Positions 1-10,802 of a stretch of 64,000 nucleotides of DNA are shown here, in pieces; the stretch's first letter is position 1; the number at the start of each line of letters is the position of its first letter. Source of the DNA: Eledone cirrhosa (taxonomy: Eukaryota). The notes beneath the pieces are model-generated. The model did not search any database. It had not been told where the DNA came from and worked only from the letters and a program-made list of their open reading frames with translations. The position numbers and the translations under genes are program-made. Location: assembly GCA_964016885.1 (NCBI GenBank), contig OZ024740.1, positions 10,664,001-10,728,000 on the forward strand. Direction: 5' to 3'.

Positions 1-117
1 TAAAAAAATTCAAATCACTCCTATATAACACAATTCCACATACTAAAGGAGTGTTGAGGTTAGCTCCCCTGTTTATTTTTAAACTGTCAATCTTTTTTTA
101 TCTTATTTTACTATCGT

Positions 118-380
118 CATCATCATCGTTTAACGTCTATCTTCCACACTAGCATGGATTAGACAGGAGTAGTCCCACTTGAGGCAAGATTGGTCGGGTG
201 ACCATGTCTCACTCGTATAGAACTCTTTCTGGCAGGTTTTCTATGGCTAGATGCCTATCCTAATGCCAACCATATTTACAGTGTGGACTGGGAGCCTTTT
301 TACCGTGTCTCCTACACAACCACTCTACAGTGTGGACTGGGTGCTTTTTGTCGTGTCACCTACACGACCACTTTACAGAT
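118..380 (-). mobile_element. SINE remnant with (GAT)n tail, reverse orientation
   Basis: Begins CATCATCATCGTTTAACGTC and contains GATGCCTATCCTAATGCCAACCA. Clearly homologous to the copy at 13972-14148 and, inverted, to 4320-4497 and 5935-6125. Confidence 0.75.
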
Positions 381-499
381 TTGTAATTTTAACTTAATTC
401 TTTACTCTTATTTTTTATCTTAGATATATGTCTGACACTATTTTGAGACACTTTGTGTACCCTTTCAAAACTCATTTATTTCAAGCAAACTATATGCTT

Positions 500-900
500 T
501 TTCTTTGGATGTTCTTCCTAATGCCAACCTCTTTTCAGAGTGTAGTGGGTGCATTTTATGATGACACCAGCACTACCACTTTATATATTTATATATCATC
601 ATGTAACATCTGTTTTCCTTGCAAGCAAGGGTTTGGTAAGTTTTCACAGACTGAGTCAGTACTGAAATGGGGCTACTGACCTTACAAATGAGTCAGGGAC
701 CAGCATCCCGTGCTCTACCAAGTGCATTTTATTGTGATACCAACACTAGGGAGGTTGTTATGTCTTTGACACAGTTGAAGGGTTTTCCTGACCCTTTATT
801 TGTCAGGTTTTCTACAGCTAAATGCCCTTCCTATTACCTGCCACTTTACTGGGTGCATTTATCTTCTAGATCAGTTGTCACCAATCTTTCAGACCTCATT
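500..900. repeat. Degenerate reiterated SINE-internal units
   Basis: Motifs GATGxxCTTCCTAATGCCAACC, GGGTGCATTT and CCAACACTAGGGAGGTTGTTATGTCTTTGACAC recur here and again at about 1430, 1570 and 1706. Confidence 0.5.
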
Positions 901-975
901 TATAATTTTATAATTTTAAATCCCGCAGACCACTAATATGAATTTTTATAAAAAGATAAATACATTTGTAAAATA

Positions 976-1164
976 ATTGTTTCTACTTTTGGCACAAGGC
1001 CAGCAATTATCCCAGTGTATTACTGGTACTTTATTTTATCGACCCCATAAGGATGAAAGGCAAAGTTAACCTCGGCGAGATTTGAACTCAGCCCATAAAG
1101 GTCCGTAACTCTTTGCTGCAATGCATGGCGTCCGACCCTCTACTGATACTGCCAATCCATCGCC
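976..1164 (-). mobile_element. tRNA-derived SINE with 17-bp target-site duplication
   Basis: GATTTGAACTC is a reverse B box. The body GGCACAAGGCCAGCAATT...ACTGGTACTTTATTT is shared with 9380-9480 (inverted) and 13200-13335. An exact direct repeat AATACATTTGTAAAATA lies at 959-975 and 1165-1181. Confidence 0.8.
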
Positions 1165-1424
1165 AATACATTTGTAAAATACTGATCAGAGAACTTCCAT
1201 TTTATTAAACAATACTGAAGTGTACCTGTGTCATATTGTCAATAGATGATACATATATACAAAATTATTTCATGGATGTTAGTTCTTTACTGAGGAGAAA
1301 CATTTTTTAGGGGTGTTATAAAATATGTTTTAACCAAATATTATTTTTGTTTTATTAATAAAACATAAAAATTGCAATGTCCAAATTTTTCTGCAGACCA
1401 CCAGTTGGCGACCGCTATTTTAGA

Positions 1425-1730
1425 TCACTACCACTAGGGTGGTTGTCATGTCTTTGACACAACTGAAGGGTTCTCCTGGCCCTTTGTTTGGCAAAGCTTC
1501 TATGACTGGTGCTGTTCCTATCACCAATCACTTTACAGCATGTACCGGGTGGGTTTATCTTCTAGATCACCAACACTAGAGAGGTTGTCATGTCTTTGAC
1601 ACTACTGACGGATTACCTCAACCGTTTTTAGCAAGGATTTTATAGCAGGCTGCATTTCTTATCTCCAAACTCATTGAAGTCTGTACTGGGTGTATTTTCA
1701 TGCCACCAACACCAGAGAGGTTGTCAGTCA
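1425..1730. repeat. Degenerate ~135-bp tandem units related to the SINE body
   Basis: CACTAGRGWGGTTGTCATGTCTTTGACAC-like motif at about 1432, 1575 and 1710. Confidence 0.5.
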
Positions 1731-2125
1731 TTGTCTCAACTGTAAAGACCTTGCTGCCCTACAGGGTGGTTGGAGAAGATAAGTATGATGCTCTAGGTGT
1801 AGAACATATGTTGTGGGATATAACAATTGAAAAGCCCTTTCTGCCCTGGGGGTGGGAGAAGATAAGCATGATGATATAGGTGTATGATATATGTTGTGGG
1901 ATATAACAGGGGGATGAGTAACGGTAAGGAATGACCTCAAGTGATGTAAGGGAGGGGTCTCACCAGGATTTTAGAGAAGGTGTAGTGATGGTGAGAATAG
2001 TTAGGGAATGATAGGATGCTCATAGCTTTGATCATAAGTCTACTCAGTCAGGGTCGGCCTGGGGCTAAACAACCACAACATTAGAACATTTGCTTCACCA
2101 TATCACTCCTTTTTATATATTTCAG

Positions 2126-2248
2126 GCAATGAAGGCAGTGGTGTCTCTGAACAGCTATTGGACTTGTGTGATCAACTGGTGACAGTCCCTTCTTATGTGG
2201 ACAGTGATCAACTTCATATTGACTCCCTCAATGTATCAGTAGCCACTG
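2126..2248 (+). CDS. MRM1: Penultimate coding exon of a SpoU/TrmH (SPOUT) 2'-O-ribose rRNA methyltransferase, most likely mitochondrial rRNA methyltransferase 1
   Basis: TTCAG acceptor and GTGAGT donor, phase 1-1, 123 nt. Translates (G)NEGSGVSEQLLDLCDQLVTVPSYVDSDQLHIDSLNVSVAT(G), containing the SpoU motifs GxEGxG and SLNVSVA. Confidence 0.88.
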
Positions 2249-2452
2249 GTGAGTAGTTACAGTCTTCTTCTCCTCCTCCTCCTCCTCCTCCTAGGTTTAG
2301 TTGATCTGGGTTCACCTGGTCCTAAAAGACAGCTAACATTTAAAAAGAAAGTCCCTATTATGGTGTTTATAAGTAAGTGTAAGCAGTTGGTATAAATCAA
2401 AGTAGTGTACACCCAGCTAGTTCAAAAGAGGAGAAGCTGCTGTTGTAGTAGT

Positions 2453-2640
2453 TTAACCCCTTAGCATTTAAACCTCTTTCTGTTTAAACTGGCTGTAACT
2501 GGCCAATCATACTGATGTTAAGGTATTGTTCTCAACATAAATAATATCAAAATCTCAGAGATTCGATATTATGTGAGATAAAGCCTTTATCAGGAAAATA
2601 CAATAGTATATATAGAGTAATGTAAATGGTAAAGGGATAA
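2453..2640. mobile_element. piggyBac-like MITE
   Basis: TTAA-CCCCTTAGCATTTA at the left end and TAAATGGTAAAGGG-ATAA at the right end form imperfect TIRs with TTAA-type flanks. Confidence 0.55.
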
Positions 2641-2902
2641 GAGGCTACCACCAACCATTGATTACAGAAACTCTGTGGTCATCCAACTTATTATAAATAG
2701 CAGTCAAATATCCCTCAACTCGAACCCTACTCTCTTATAGGAAAGACAAAGCAGATAATGTAATCTTAACCAAACCTTTAAAATGTATAGTAAATCACAG
2801 CTGGTATACCTTTGAAGATATGTGTGTAGATCAGGTGAAATTACCATATATACCTCTGTACAAGTTGCACCATATACACCTATGTATATATTACATTTAC
2901 AG

Positions 2903-3005
2903 TCATCATCATCGTTTTTACATCCGCTTTACAACCCTGTGGATGGGACAGGATATTTTGAGATAATGTTTTACAACCAGATGCCCTTCCTGTTGTGAAC
3001 ACCTC
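2903..3005 (-). mobile_element. Short SINE fragment
   Basis: TCATCATCATCGTTTTTACATCCG...CCAGATGCCCTTCCTG matches the family at 118-380. Confidence 0.55.
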
Positions 3006-3059
3006 TTACAACACATTAGGATATGGCATGCCTATTCTAAAGACCGGGATACTAATGGG

Positions 3060-3378
3060 CAGGGTTGGATTCAGATCTTGGGGTGCCCAGGGCACTTCAG
3101 GTTTCGGGGGTCCCTCATACACATAGAATTAGAATACACGGCAATCCCTCTCCTCCCAATTTTACATATCAAAGTCAGCTTGGTACAAGTAATTGGAACT
3201 GAAAAGTTATACATACAGGTATTAAATTAAAAAATTCTAACCATCCTAAAACTAAAAAGCCCAGATGATGGGAAAAATAAATTGCTATAACCGTCGCTGG
3301 TGAGCCCCCCACACACACTGCAGGAGGCCTGGGGCAATTGCTCCCTTTGCCTCCTTCCCCTCATTAAATTCGCCCTTG
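3060..3378. mobile_element. Degenerate hAT (Tip100-like) MITE
   Basis: Ends CAGGGTTGGATTCA and TAAATTCGCCCTTG resemble CAGGGCCGGATTTA-type TIRs, with GC-rich subterminal segments and an AT-rich core. No clear TSD. Confidence 0.4.
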
Positions 3379-3525
3379 TACACAACATACAATATATCAT
3401 ATATTCAAAGTGAAGGTTTTGTAGATCTGTTAGATAAGTTGCATGGTGGATTTTTCATGTATTTTTGTGGAAAAGATGTGACTCATATACAAGTGTATAT
3501 AATACTAGAATTTTTTTCCATACAC

Positions 3526-3529
<4 letters not shown>

Positions 3530-3574
<45 letters not shown>
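3530..3574. repeat. (GT)n microsatellite followed by a CA-rich tract to ~3735
   Basis: Directly visible. Confidence 0.97.
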
Positions 3575-3575
<1 letters not shown>

Positions 3576-3741
3576 CCATGCATCATTTATATGTATGAGT
3601 ATATGAATATAAACACGCAAACACAGACACACTTACAAAAATACACACTCACAGACATACATTTACACAAACATACACACAGCGTAGTTTTTTCACCACC
3701 CACTTCCTTCCTTTTGCACACATTCACACAGACAGCAGACA

Positions 3742-3790
3742 TAAAGAGAGAGGAGTAGTACGAGGTAGTCAAACTACTCCTCTCTCTTTA
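3742..3790. repeat. Perfect 18-bp inverted repeat with 13-nt loop
   Basis: TAAAGAGAGAGGAGTAGT (3742-3759) and ACTACTCCTCTCTCTTTA (3773-3790). Confidence 0.9.
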
Positions 3791-3891
3791 CATGTTGTGA
3801 CAGTATCGCAGAAATTTATATATAGATATATTCTTTGCTGCTATATCATTTTGTAATCTTGTTTTTTTTCTTCTTTTTGTTTCTTTTGTAG

Positions 3892-3935
3892 GAATATTAT
3901 TACATTCACTCAAGCAAACACCAAAGACATCTTAA
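3892..3935 (+). CDS. MRM1: Terminal coding exon of the SpoU-family methyltransferase (MRM1)
   Basis: Long polypyrimidine tract plus TGTAG acceptor, phase compatible with the previous exon. Joined peptide reads ...DSLNVSVATGILLHSLKQTPKTS*, the expected SpoU C-terminal helix. Confidence 0.87.
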
Positions 3936-3999
3936 ACTGCATCATAAGATCACATGATTTATTAATTGGCAAGGACTTACCAACATTGCCTTAATTAAT

Positions 4000-4200
4000 G
4001 TCTATCTCACAAGACGTACTCTTCCATCTCTCTGCTTCTACATTGGCCCCTGAACTAGCTGGCTGTATACCCTCTCCACTCAAGCCAACCAGGTAAACAA
4101 TTTCCCAATCCTTCTTTCTCAGAAATGCCACCCTCTGGAATTCCCTTCTCCCCACCTATGTTTTAGTATTAAAACTGAACTTCAACTGCATCAACTTCAC
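4000..4200 (+). mobile_element. 3' end remnant of a CR1/L2/Jockey-group LINE ORF2
   Basis: Translates in part to SFFLRNATLWNSL, matching the SFFPRxxxxWNSLP C-terminal motif. PELAGCIP lies upstream. Confidence 0.55.
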
Positions 4201-4290
4201 AGTCAGAGGAGGCCGACAAATGTCATAGAGGAGAAAATGCAGTACATAATATATTTAACACGCACCTCCAACAAAACACCCTGAGTATGA

Positions 4291-4296
4291 AATAAA
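4291..4296 (+). promoter_or_regulatory. Candidate polyadenylation signal of MRM1
   Basis: First AATAAA after the stop codon. Alternatives exist further on, e.g. 5267-5272 followed by T/GT-rich sequence. Confidence 0.3.
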
Positions 4297-4319
4297 TGAT
4301 AATATCATATATAGTTCCA

Positions 4320-4497
4320 CACTGGTGTGGTTGGTGTTAGGAAGGACATCCAGCTGTAAAATACCCAGTCAAATTTACAGTCCTCGCCAGAGCAAGGTGC
4401 GACATGGCCAACCATGGCCAAAATTGCCTCTCTGTGTGGACAACCTGTCTAACCCATGCAAGCATTTAGATATGGATGCTAAACGGTGATGATGATG
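4320..4497 (+). mobile_element. SINE 3' part with (GAT)n tail
   Basis: GTGGTTGGTGTTAGGAAGGACATCCAGCTGTAAAA...AACCCATGCAAGCAT...GCTAAACGGTGATGATGATG. Confidence 0.7.
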
Positions 4498-4780
4498 AGA
4501 TATAGGATTTATTGCAAATTTACACAGGGCAGGCTTGGTAGTTTCCTAAATCTGTCTTAGGATTCTGTGAACCGACAGCGGTTCTGGTTCAATGAATACA
4601 GTCATCTTAGTAGAATGAGGGAATGTATGTGAGATGCAGGTTCTTAATCCGTATGAGCAATCAATATAAAGTGTGGGAACATATGTAAGCAAGATGCAGG
4701 CCAGTAACTCTGGGAGGTCATAGCTCTCTTACAGTACAGACCAGTTTGTGACAACCTATCCAACTCAGGGAAAGTGAACA

Positions 4781-5154
4781 TTAACCTTTTTGTTACCAAC
4801 CAGGCCAAAAGTCTCTCTGGTTCTATGAAATAAAACCACCCATTTCAAAGGAATCCACTTTAAATTAAAATCTTCCAACATAATTTTTATATAAGAACCT
4901 TACATTAAGTTACTATCTTAGTAATGAAATAATTAATAATTTTAATGAAACCATCTCTGGTTCAATTAAATAAAACCAACTATTTTAAAGGTTTCTAATT
5001 TAAATAAAAAATCTTCCAACATAATCTTATATAAGAACCTTCCATTAAGTTACTATCTTAGTGAAATAATTAATCATTTTAGTAAATCCCTAAAAAATGT
5101 TCATTAATTAATTAAAATAGAGTGTATCTCGTTAGAAACGTGGTCATAGAGTTA
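4781..5154. mobile_element. TTAA-flanked MITE with an internal ~140-bp tandem duplication
   Basis: TTAACCTTTTTGTTACC...GGTCATAGAGTTAA. The block TCTCTGGTTC...ATCTTCCAACATAAT...AAGAACCTT...TACTATCTTAGT occurs twice. Related copies lie at ~8985-9052 and 13345-13557. Confidence 0.6.
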
Positions 5155-5550
5155 AAGCATGTATTGGAGTTTACAGAAATATTTATGACTTTATAACATG
5201 GACAGCAATTGAGAAAAAAATATGAGCAGAATGAAATGATTTTATTTTTGTGATTTGTGTTTTTTTAATAAAAGCAAATAGCCTAAAGTATTTTTTGTTG
5301 ATTTTTTGTCATTTTAACATCTGCTTTTCCTGTTGCAAGGCTTCTAAATTATTAGTACTTTACAGGACTTTCTGCTTGTAGTTTGTTTTATAATTCTTGT
5401 AGGTTTTAGTGACATCACTGGAAATATTGTTATATGTAGTAATACAGAAGACCTGACTTCCCACGTGTACAGGCCGAAGATGAAGCATATGTATAATATA
5501 CACCACCCCACTCCTTCACCTACACACACATACATCTAGTGAAGCCTCCA

Positions 5551-5935
5551 ACCCACACTGTAAAGTGGTCGCGTGGGTGTCACAACAAAAAACACCCAGT
5601 CCACACTAAAGTGGTTGTGTAGGTGTCACAACAAAAAACACCCAGTCCACACTGTAAAGTTGTCATGTAGGTGTCACAACAAAAAACTCCCAGTCCACAC
5701 TGTAAAGTTGTCATGTAGGTGTCACAACAAAAAACTCCCAGTCCACACTGTAAAGTTGTCATGTAGGTGTCACAACAAAAAACACCCAGTCCACACTGTA
5801 AAGTTGTCATGTAGGTGTCACAACAAAAAACTCCCAGTCCACACTGTAAAGTTGTCATGTAGGTGTCACAACAAAAAACTCCCAGTCCACACTGAAAAGT
5901 TGTCATGTAGGTGTCACAACAAAACACACCCAGTA
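5551..5935. repeat. 48-bp minisatellite, about 8 copies
   Basis: Unit CCCAGTCCACACTGTAAAGTTGTCATGTAGGTGTCACAACAAAAAACW. Explains the 16-aa periodic ORFs on both strands. Confidence 0.95.
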
Positions 5936-6125
5936 GTCAGTGTAAATGAGGTTGCCATTAGGAAGAGCATCCAGCTGTAGAAACCAAGCAAAATCAGTTC
6001 TGTATCAGCATGACATGATCACCTGACCTAGCGTTGCCCACAACAGGATAACTCGTCTAACCCATGCTAGCATGGAAAAATTGATGCTAAACGGTGATGC
6101 TGATGATGATGGTGATAATGATTAT
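5935..6125 (+). mobile_element. SINE 3' part contiguous with the 48-bp minisatellite
   Basis: TTAGGAAGAGCATCCAGCTGTAGAAA...CCCATGCTAGCATGGAAAA...AAACGGTGATGCTGATGATGAT. Confidence 0.75.
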
Positions 6126-6144
6126 GTAGTTAGTACATCTAAGA

Positions 6145-7848
6145 CACAGGTTCTCAACCCATTTAGGCCAAACGCCCCCTTCTGTCCCTTGAAATCACGA
6201 AACGCCCCCCTACCCTATTTTTCCATTTTTAAATATACTACTGATTTTGATATCAGTAGATTACTAAAAAAATGATTAACAATAATCCAAAGATATCATC
6301 GCAAGCAGCTGAGAGTATAAATACATTCCTTAAAAGGAAATATATAAATGTCAAAAAAAGGAACATAAATGTTCTTTTTTATGAATAAGGACCATTTGAA
6401 TTTGTTATATTCCCACCAGGCGATACCAACTATTTTGAATATTTATACAAGAGCAACTCTGTCTATCCCAAGAGTGCTCTTATCTGGAAGAAAGTGGCAA
6501 TTTTATCATTTCAAAGCTTTCCCTTTTTCCCTTTAATGAAACGGACAGAATAAATGTTGATATCTAACTTGATGTCCCCTCTTCTTTGTGAGCTTAGAGA
6601 CCACGGAAGAGGGTTTTCATGACCATGCGGGAGGGTATATTTATTAATAAATGGTAAAATATATACAACAAATGAGTAAGTGAATTGCAGTCAGACGGCA
6701 ACTACAAATATAAAAATTGTTAGTTTGCTTTGTAACAATAGCATATCCAAGTTTTCGGATAAATCAACTTACTTTAACTTTGACTCATTTCAATGGGACC
6801 CTTGATCTTCATGGAGTCTAGCTAACTCTTTGACGTGAGGCTGAATTTTCCTAAGATTTAGCCAGAGATCTCCACATGTAATTACATTGTAGCGGTTACG
6901 AGCCTTACTGTGTAGTCTGGAAACAGCACCAAACCTCCTCTCAACTAAGTATGAGCTTGGAAAAGACAAAGCAAATCTCTTAGCCTCTGCATGTAGGTGT
7001 GGAAATCAACGCTGAATTTCCTCTTGTATCCCAAAAAGGGGTTCACCTATTTTGGGAAATCTAATTTTGATCATGTCATCTGCTTGAAGTTCAATGAATT
7101 CTTCCTGAAATTTAATGTCCAAATCGTCAACGTTAGCTATGAAGGGATCTGCTATCCACATTGGGATGTCCATCGGCAAAAGATCGACAAACCGTTCTCT
7201 CATGTTGTCTTGTAGCGCACGGAGATGAGTGGTATAAATTTGGAGTTGGTCATCGCTTACAATGTTTTGAACATTGGCAACTCTAGGAAAATTATAGAAT
7301 TCCTATCAACAAAGATTCCTTTCGATGACATTCAATTTGGCCAAGAATGTTTTCACAGCATTCCTTGCTTTAAGCAAGGTGATCTTCTTCCCCTGCAAAG
7401 CCAAAATGCCACTATTTCATTTGTCGAAGATGTTAGTGAAGTAGGCGCAGTCTTGCCTCACATCGAGGGTTTTCTTGTACAGTTCTGTGTTGTGTCCTCG
7501 CAGAAACTCAATGATAGAGTCGAAGAGTTCAAAGAAGTGAGTAAAGCACTTGCCCTTTGAAAGCCACCTCACTTCATTATGAAGGAGCAACTTGATGAAT
7601 TCTTCGTCATTATCTTGGCACAGTTGCTGTAAAATTCGTTCATTGAGGGAATGCCGTTTGATAAAATTGATGACATCAATGGCCACCTGCAAGGACTTGC
7701 TCAGTGGCTTGCTGAGTTTCTTCGCAGCCAAGTGTTGTCGATGAATGACAATGAACAGCAAATACAGATAGATTTTCTCTCTTCAGAAGAGTGAAGAAAC
7801 CCTTATGTTGGCTGACCATTGCTCTTGCGTCGTCCGTAGCACATGATA
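6145..7848 (-). mobile_element. 5'-truncated hAT transposon of the Buster/Charlie family
   Basis: TIR-like CACAGGTTCTCAACC at 6145, preceded by ATCTAAGA (Charlie-type 8-bp target with central TA). Transposase remnant on the minus strand. No matching second TIR found. Confidence 0.8.
6790..7848 (-). pseudogene. Disrupted hAT/Buster transposase (ZBED5/SCAND3/FAM200-like), C-terminal half
   Basis: Motifs CATDDARAM (TDGA motif decayed), IHRQHLAAKKL, LLLHNEVRWLSKGK, WIADPF, FPSSYLVERRF, KARNR and terminal QGSH* (stop 6790-6792). Broken by frameshifts and stops. Confidence 0.88.
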
Positions 7849-7851
7849 CAA

Positions 7852-8340
7852 TGTGTGTTGTATGTGGTCCTAGATGTTTGTATTACCTTCCTGTGTGTTG
7901 TATGTAGTCCTAGATGTATGTATTACCTGCTTATGTATTGCATGTGGTCCCAGCTGTATGTATTACCTGCTTGTGTGTTGTATGTGGTCCTAGATGTGTG
8001 TACTACCTCCTTATGTGTTGTATGTGGTCCTAGATGTTTGTATTACATGCTTATGTGTTGTATGTGGTCCTAGATGTATGTATTACCTGCCTGTGTTTTT
8101 TATGTGGTCCTAGATGTATGTATTACCGGCCTGTGTGTTTTATGTGGTCCTAGATGTGTGTGTGCTACCTCCTTATGTGTTGCATGTGGTCCTAGATGTG
8201 TGTATTACCTGCTTATGTGTTGTATGTGGTCCTAGATGTGTGTATTACCTGCTTATGTGTTGTATGTGGTCCTAGATGTATGTATTACCTGCCTGTGTGT
8301 TTTATGTGGTCCTAGATGTGTGTGCTACCCGCTTCTATGT
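7852..8340. repeat. 40-bp minisatellite, about 12 copies
   Basis: Unit TATGTGGTCCTAGATGTRTGTATTACCTGCYTRTGTGTTG. Confidence 0.95.
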
Positions 8341-8719
8341 TTTTATTTTTTTTTTTATTTGTAATATTATTTATACAATAGGGAATAAAATAGATCTACA
8401 TAGTGTTAACTCGTTACGGTTGAGTCAATAATTTCAGACATGAAATACATTGTTATCGGTGAAGGAAAGATAAGATTCTAACTGGCTGCGCTCAAAGTGT
8501 CCTTGACGCAGTTGACTGTGGGTATTTTCATTTTTAGGATCTCAATTACTGGTTAATGTCTAGACACGCCTGCACACCTGCTCAGAGCTGCAGTCAGACT
8601 ATAGTTATGCTGTCTGCAAGCTCATTCAAATGCATTAACACTGGCTGTCTCAAAGATATACAAATATGGCTTATAAAACTTACCAAAGTAAAGAGCCTTC
8701 CAAAGTAAAGAGCTTTTAC

Positions 8720-8985
8720 AAATTAAGAGATCACAGTTCTGATACTATGGGTATGTGGTTAGAATGTCTCGGGAAAGAATCGCTGAACAGATTTTACGGG
8801 GAAAACCAACCAGGGGTAGACTCTGAGAAAGATGGTTGGATAGCATCCATGAGCTTGGATGGTCTTGCTTGGGGATTCAGCTGGATTAGCTAGAGACGGT
8901 TGTTTCTGACAGGACCTGCAGGAAGGAGTGTTTCAGACACTACCTCCACAACCCTCTCAGGTATAAATGGGCAAAGAAGAAGAGA
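8720..8985 (+). mobile_element. RTE-clade LINE 3' remnant
   Basis: Translates YYGYVVRMSRERIAEQILRGKPTRGRL*ERWLDSI, matching the WxGHVxRM...RGRPxxRWxD C-terminus. Ends in a GAA-rich tail. Confidence 0.65.
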
Positions 8986-9090
8986 ACCACTCAGTTTAAA
9001 AGGATCCTATTTAAATTAAACTCTTCCAACATAATTTTATATAAGAACCATAGTAAAATAAACTTTTTCCTCCAATCCTAGAAAGGATCC

Positions 9091-9335
9091 ATAGAAGTGG
9101 TTGATAGCTTCTGCTACCTAGGTGATCTAATTAGCAGTGAAGGAGGTTGTTCTGTGAGCATAGTATCTAAAATAAGAACATAATTGAAAGAGTTCAGGGA
9201 GCTACAAACTCTGACAACAGAAGCTTTCTTTCATTCAATGAAATAGAAACTGTGTGTGATGTGCAATGTTGCATGGTAGTGAGATACGGGGAGTGAACGG
9301 TCAGAATATGCAGAGAATTGATGGAAATGAATTTT
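9091..9335 (+). mobile_element. RTE-clade LINE reverse-transcriptase fragment
   Basis: Translates IEVVDSFCYLGDLISSEGGCSVSIVSKIRT*LKEFREL, the FxYLG motif at the end of the RT domain. Confidence 0.75.
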
Positions 9336-9379
9336 GAAAATTAACTGAAACACATTGAGAAGAAGAAACAACAACAGCA

Positions 9380-9480
9380 TGAAATAAAGTACCAGTCAAG
9401 CACTGGGGGTCGATTTAATTGACTTTCCCCTCCCCCAAAATTGTTGGCCTTGTGCCTAAATCAGAAACCATTATTATTAG
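9380..9480 (+). mobile_element. SINE 3' fragment with (ATT)n tail
   Basis: AAATAAAGTACCAGT...GGCCTTGTGCCTAAATCAGAAACCATTATTATTA, an inverted match to 976-1164. Confidence 0.65.
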
Positions 9481-9502
9481 ACATTATTATGTAGTCAACA
9501 AT

Positions 9503-10010
9503 GTGGAACTCAGGCTCTCTCACTCAACCCTACAGAATATCTTCCCTCTGGCTCCAGTGATGACTGGCCCATCTGGTCATGCCACCTTAACAGCGTGGAA
9601 CTCAGGCCCTCTCACTCAGCCCTACAGAATATCTTGCCTCTGGCTCCAGTGATGACTGGCCCATCTGGTCATGCCACCTTAACAGCGTGGAACTCAGGCC
9701 CTCTCACTCAGCCCTACAGAATATCTTGCCTCTGGCTCCAGTGATGACTGGCCCATCTGGTCATGCCACCTTAACAGCGTGGAACTCAGGCCCTCTCACT
9801 CAGCCCTACAGAATATCTTGCCTCTGGCTCCAGTGATGACTGGCCCATCTGGTCATGCCACCTTAACAGCGTGGAACTCAGGCCCTCTCACTCAGCCCTA
9901 CAGAATATCTTCCCTCTGGCTCCAGTGATGACTGGCCCATCTGGTCATGCCACCTTAACAGCGTGGAACTCAGGCCCTCTCACTCAGCCCTACAGAATAT
10001 CATCCCCCTG
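9503..10010. repeat. 92-bp minisatellite, about 5.5 near-identical copies
   Basis: GTGGAACTCAGG starts at 9503, 9595, 9687, 9779, 9871 and 9963. Confidence 0.96.
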
Positions 10011-10700
10011 GCCCTTCTGGTCCTGCCTGAATCACTTCCGAGCAGTTGTTGGTCGCTGAGGAGCCAAACTTCAGAAATGGGGGTAAGCCACCGATGATGA
10101 TTCCATTCCAACTACCAATGCAGACAATTACAAACTATGGAGCACCTACCTTCTAGTTTGCTCCTGTCTTGAAGATTCCTGCACAATTAATGACCTGGAA
10201 ACCTTAATACCTCCAGCAAGGCTCTGTGTGCAATACTGGATGGGTGTGAAGAAGAAGAAAAATAAGACAGATAAAAAGAAAAAGAAGAAACGACGACAAC
10301 AACAACACCAAAATTAAAACTGGAAAAACCGAAAAAGAAAATAACTACGATTCAACATTTATGTCTGATGAAAAATAGAAGTGAAACGTACAGGAAAAAA
10401 TCAACGAATGTGAAGAAAGAACACGATGTATTATCTATTGAATGGAAAGAAGTGTTCTATAAGATTCAAAGGAATGCACTCACTTCTTTTCTACTAATAA
10501 AAGAGAATATTCTCTTAAAGGTACATTTTTAAAATGGTGTATAATAACTATTTATTTTACATGTCTTTTATTTTTCATGTTATTTTCAAATTTATAAATC
10601 TAATTTACCTTGTTTTTTTTTTATTTTTATCTTTCTCGTATATTTATAGCTATCAGAAAAGTTATTTTTGCGCTTTAGTTTTGATCTGTCCCTGTCCCTA

Positions 10701-10719
10701 CCCCCCCCCCCCCCCCCCC
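10701..10719. repeat. C19 homopolymer (G19 on the minus strand)
   Basis: Directly visible. Confidence 0.95.
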
Positions 10720-10802
10720 GCACTCCCAAGCGTGAAACTAATACTAATATCATTTGTACTGCCTCTCTGTTTTTTGTTCTCTGTTCATTTATTAATCTAT
10801 AT

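Noticed and set aside
5573-5980. 135-aa and 115-aa Cys/His-rich repeat ORFs resembling metal-binding proteins
   Set aside because: They are translations of a 48-bp SINE-derived minisatellite, open on both strands because the period is a multiple of three.
6997-7560. Plus-strand ORFs of 72 and 111 aa
   Set aside because: Antisense shadows of the minus-strand hAT transposase remnant.
10365-10392. CTGATGA...GAAAC hammerhead-like spacing
   Set aside because: The intervening AAAATAGAAGT cannot form stem II and no stem I is evident.
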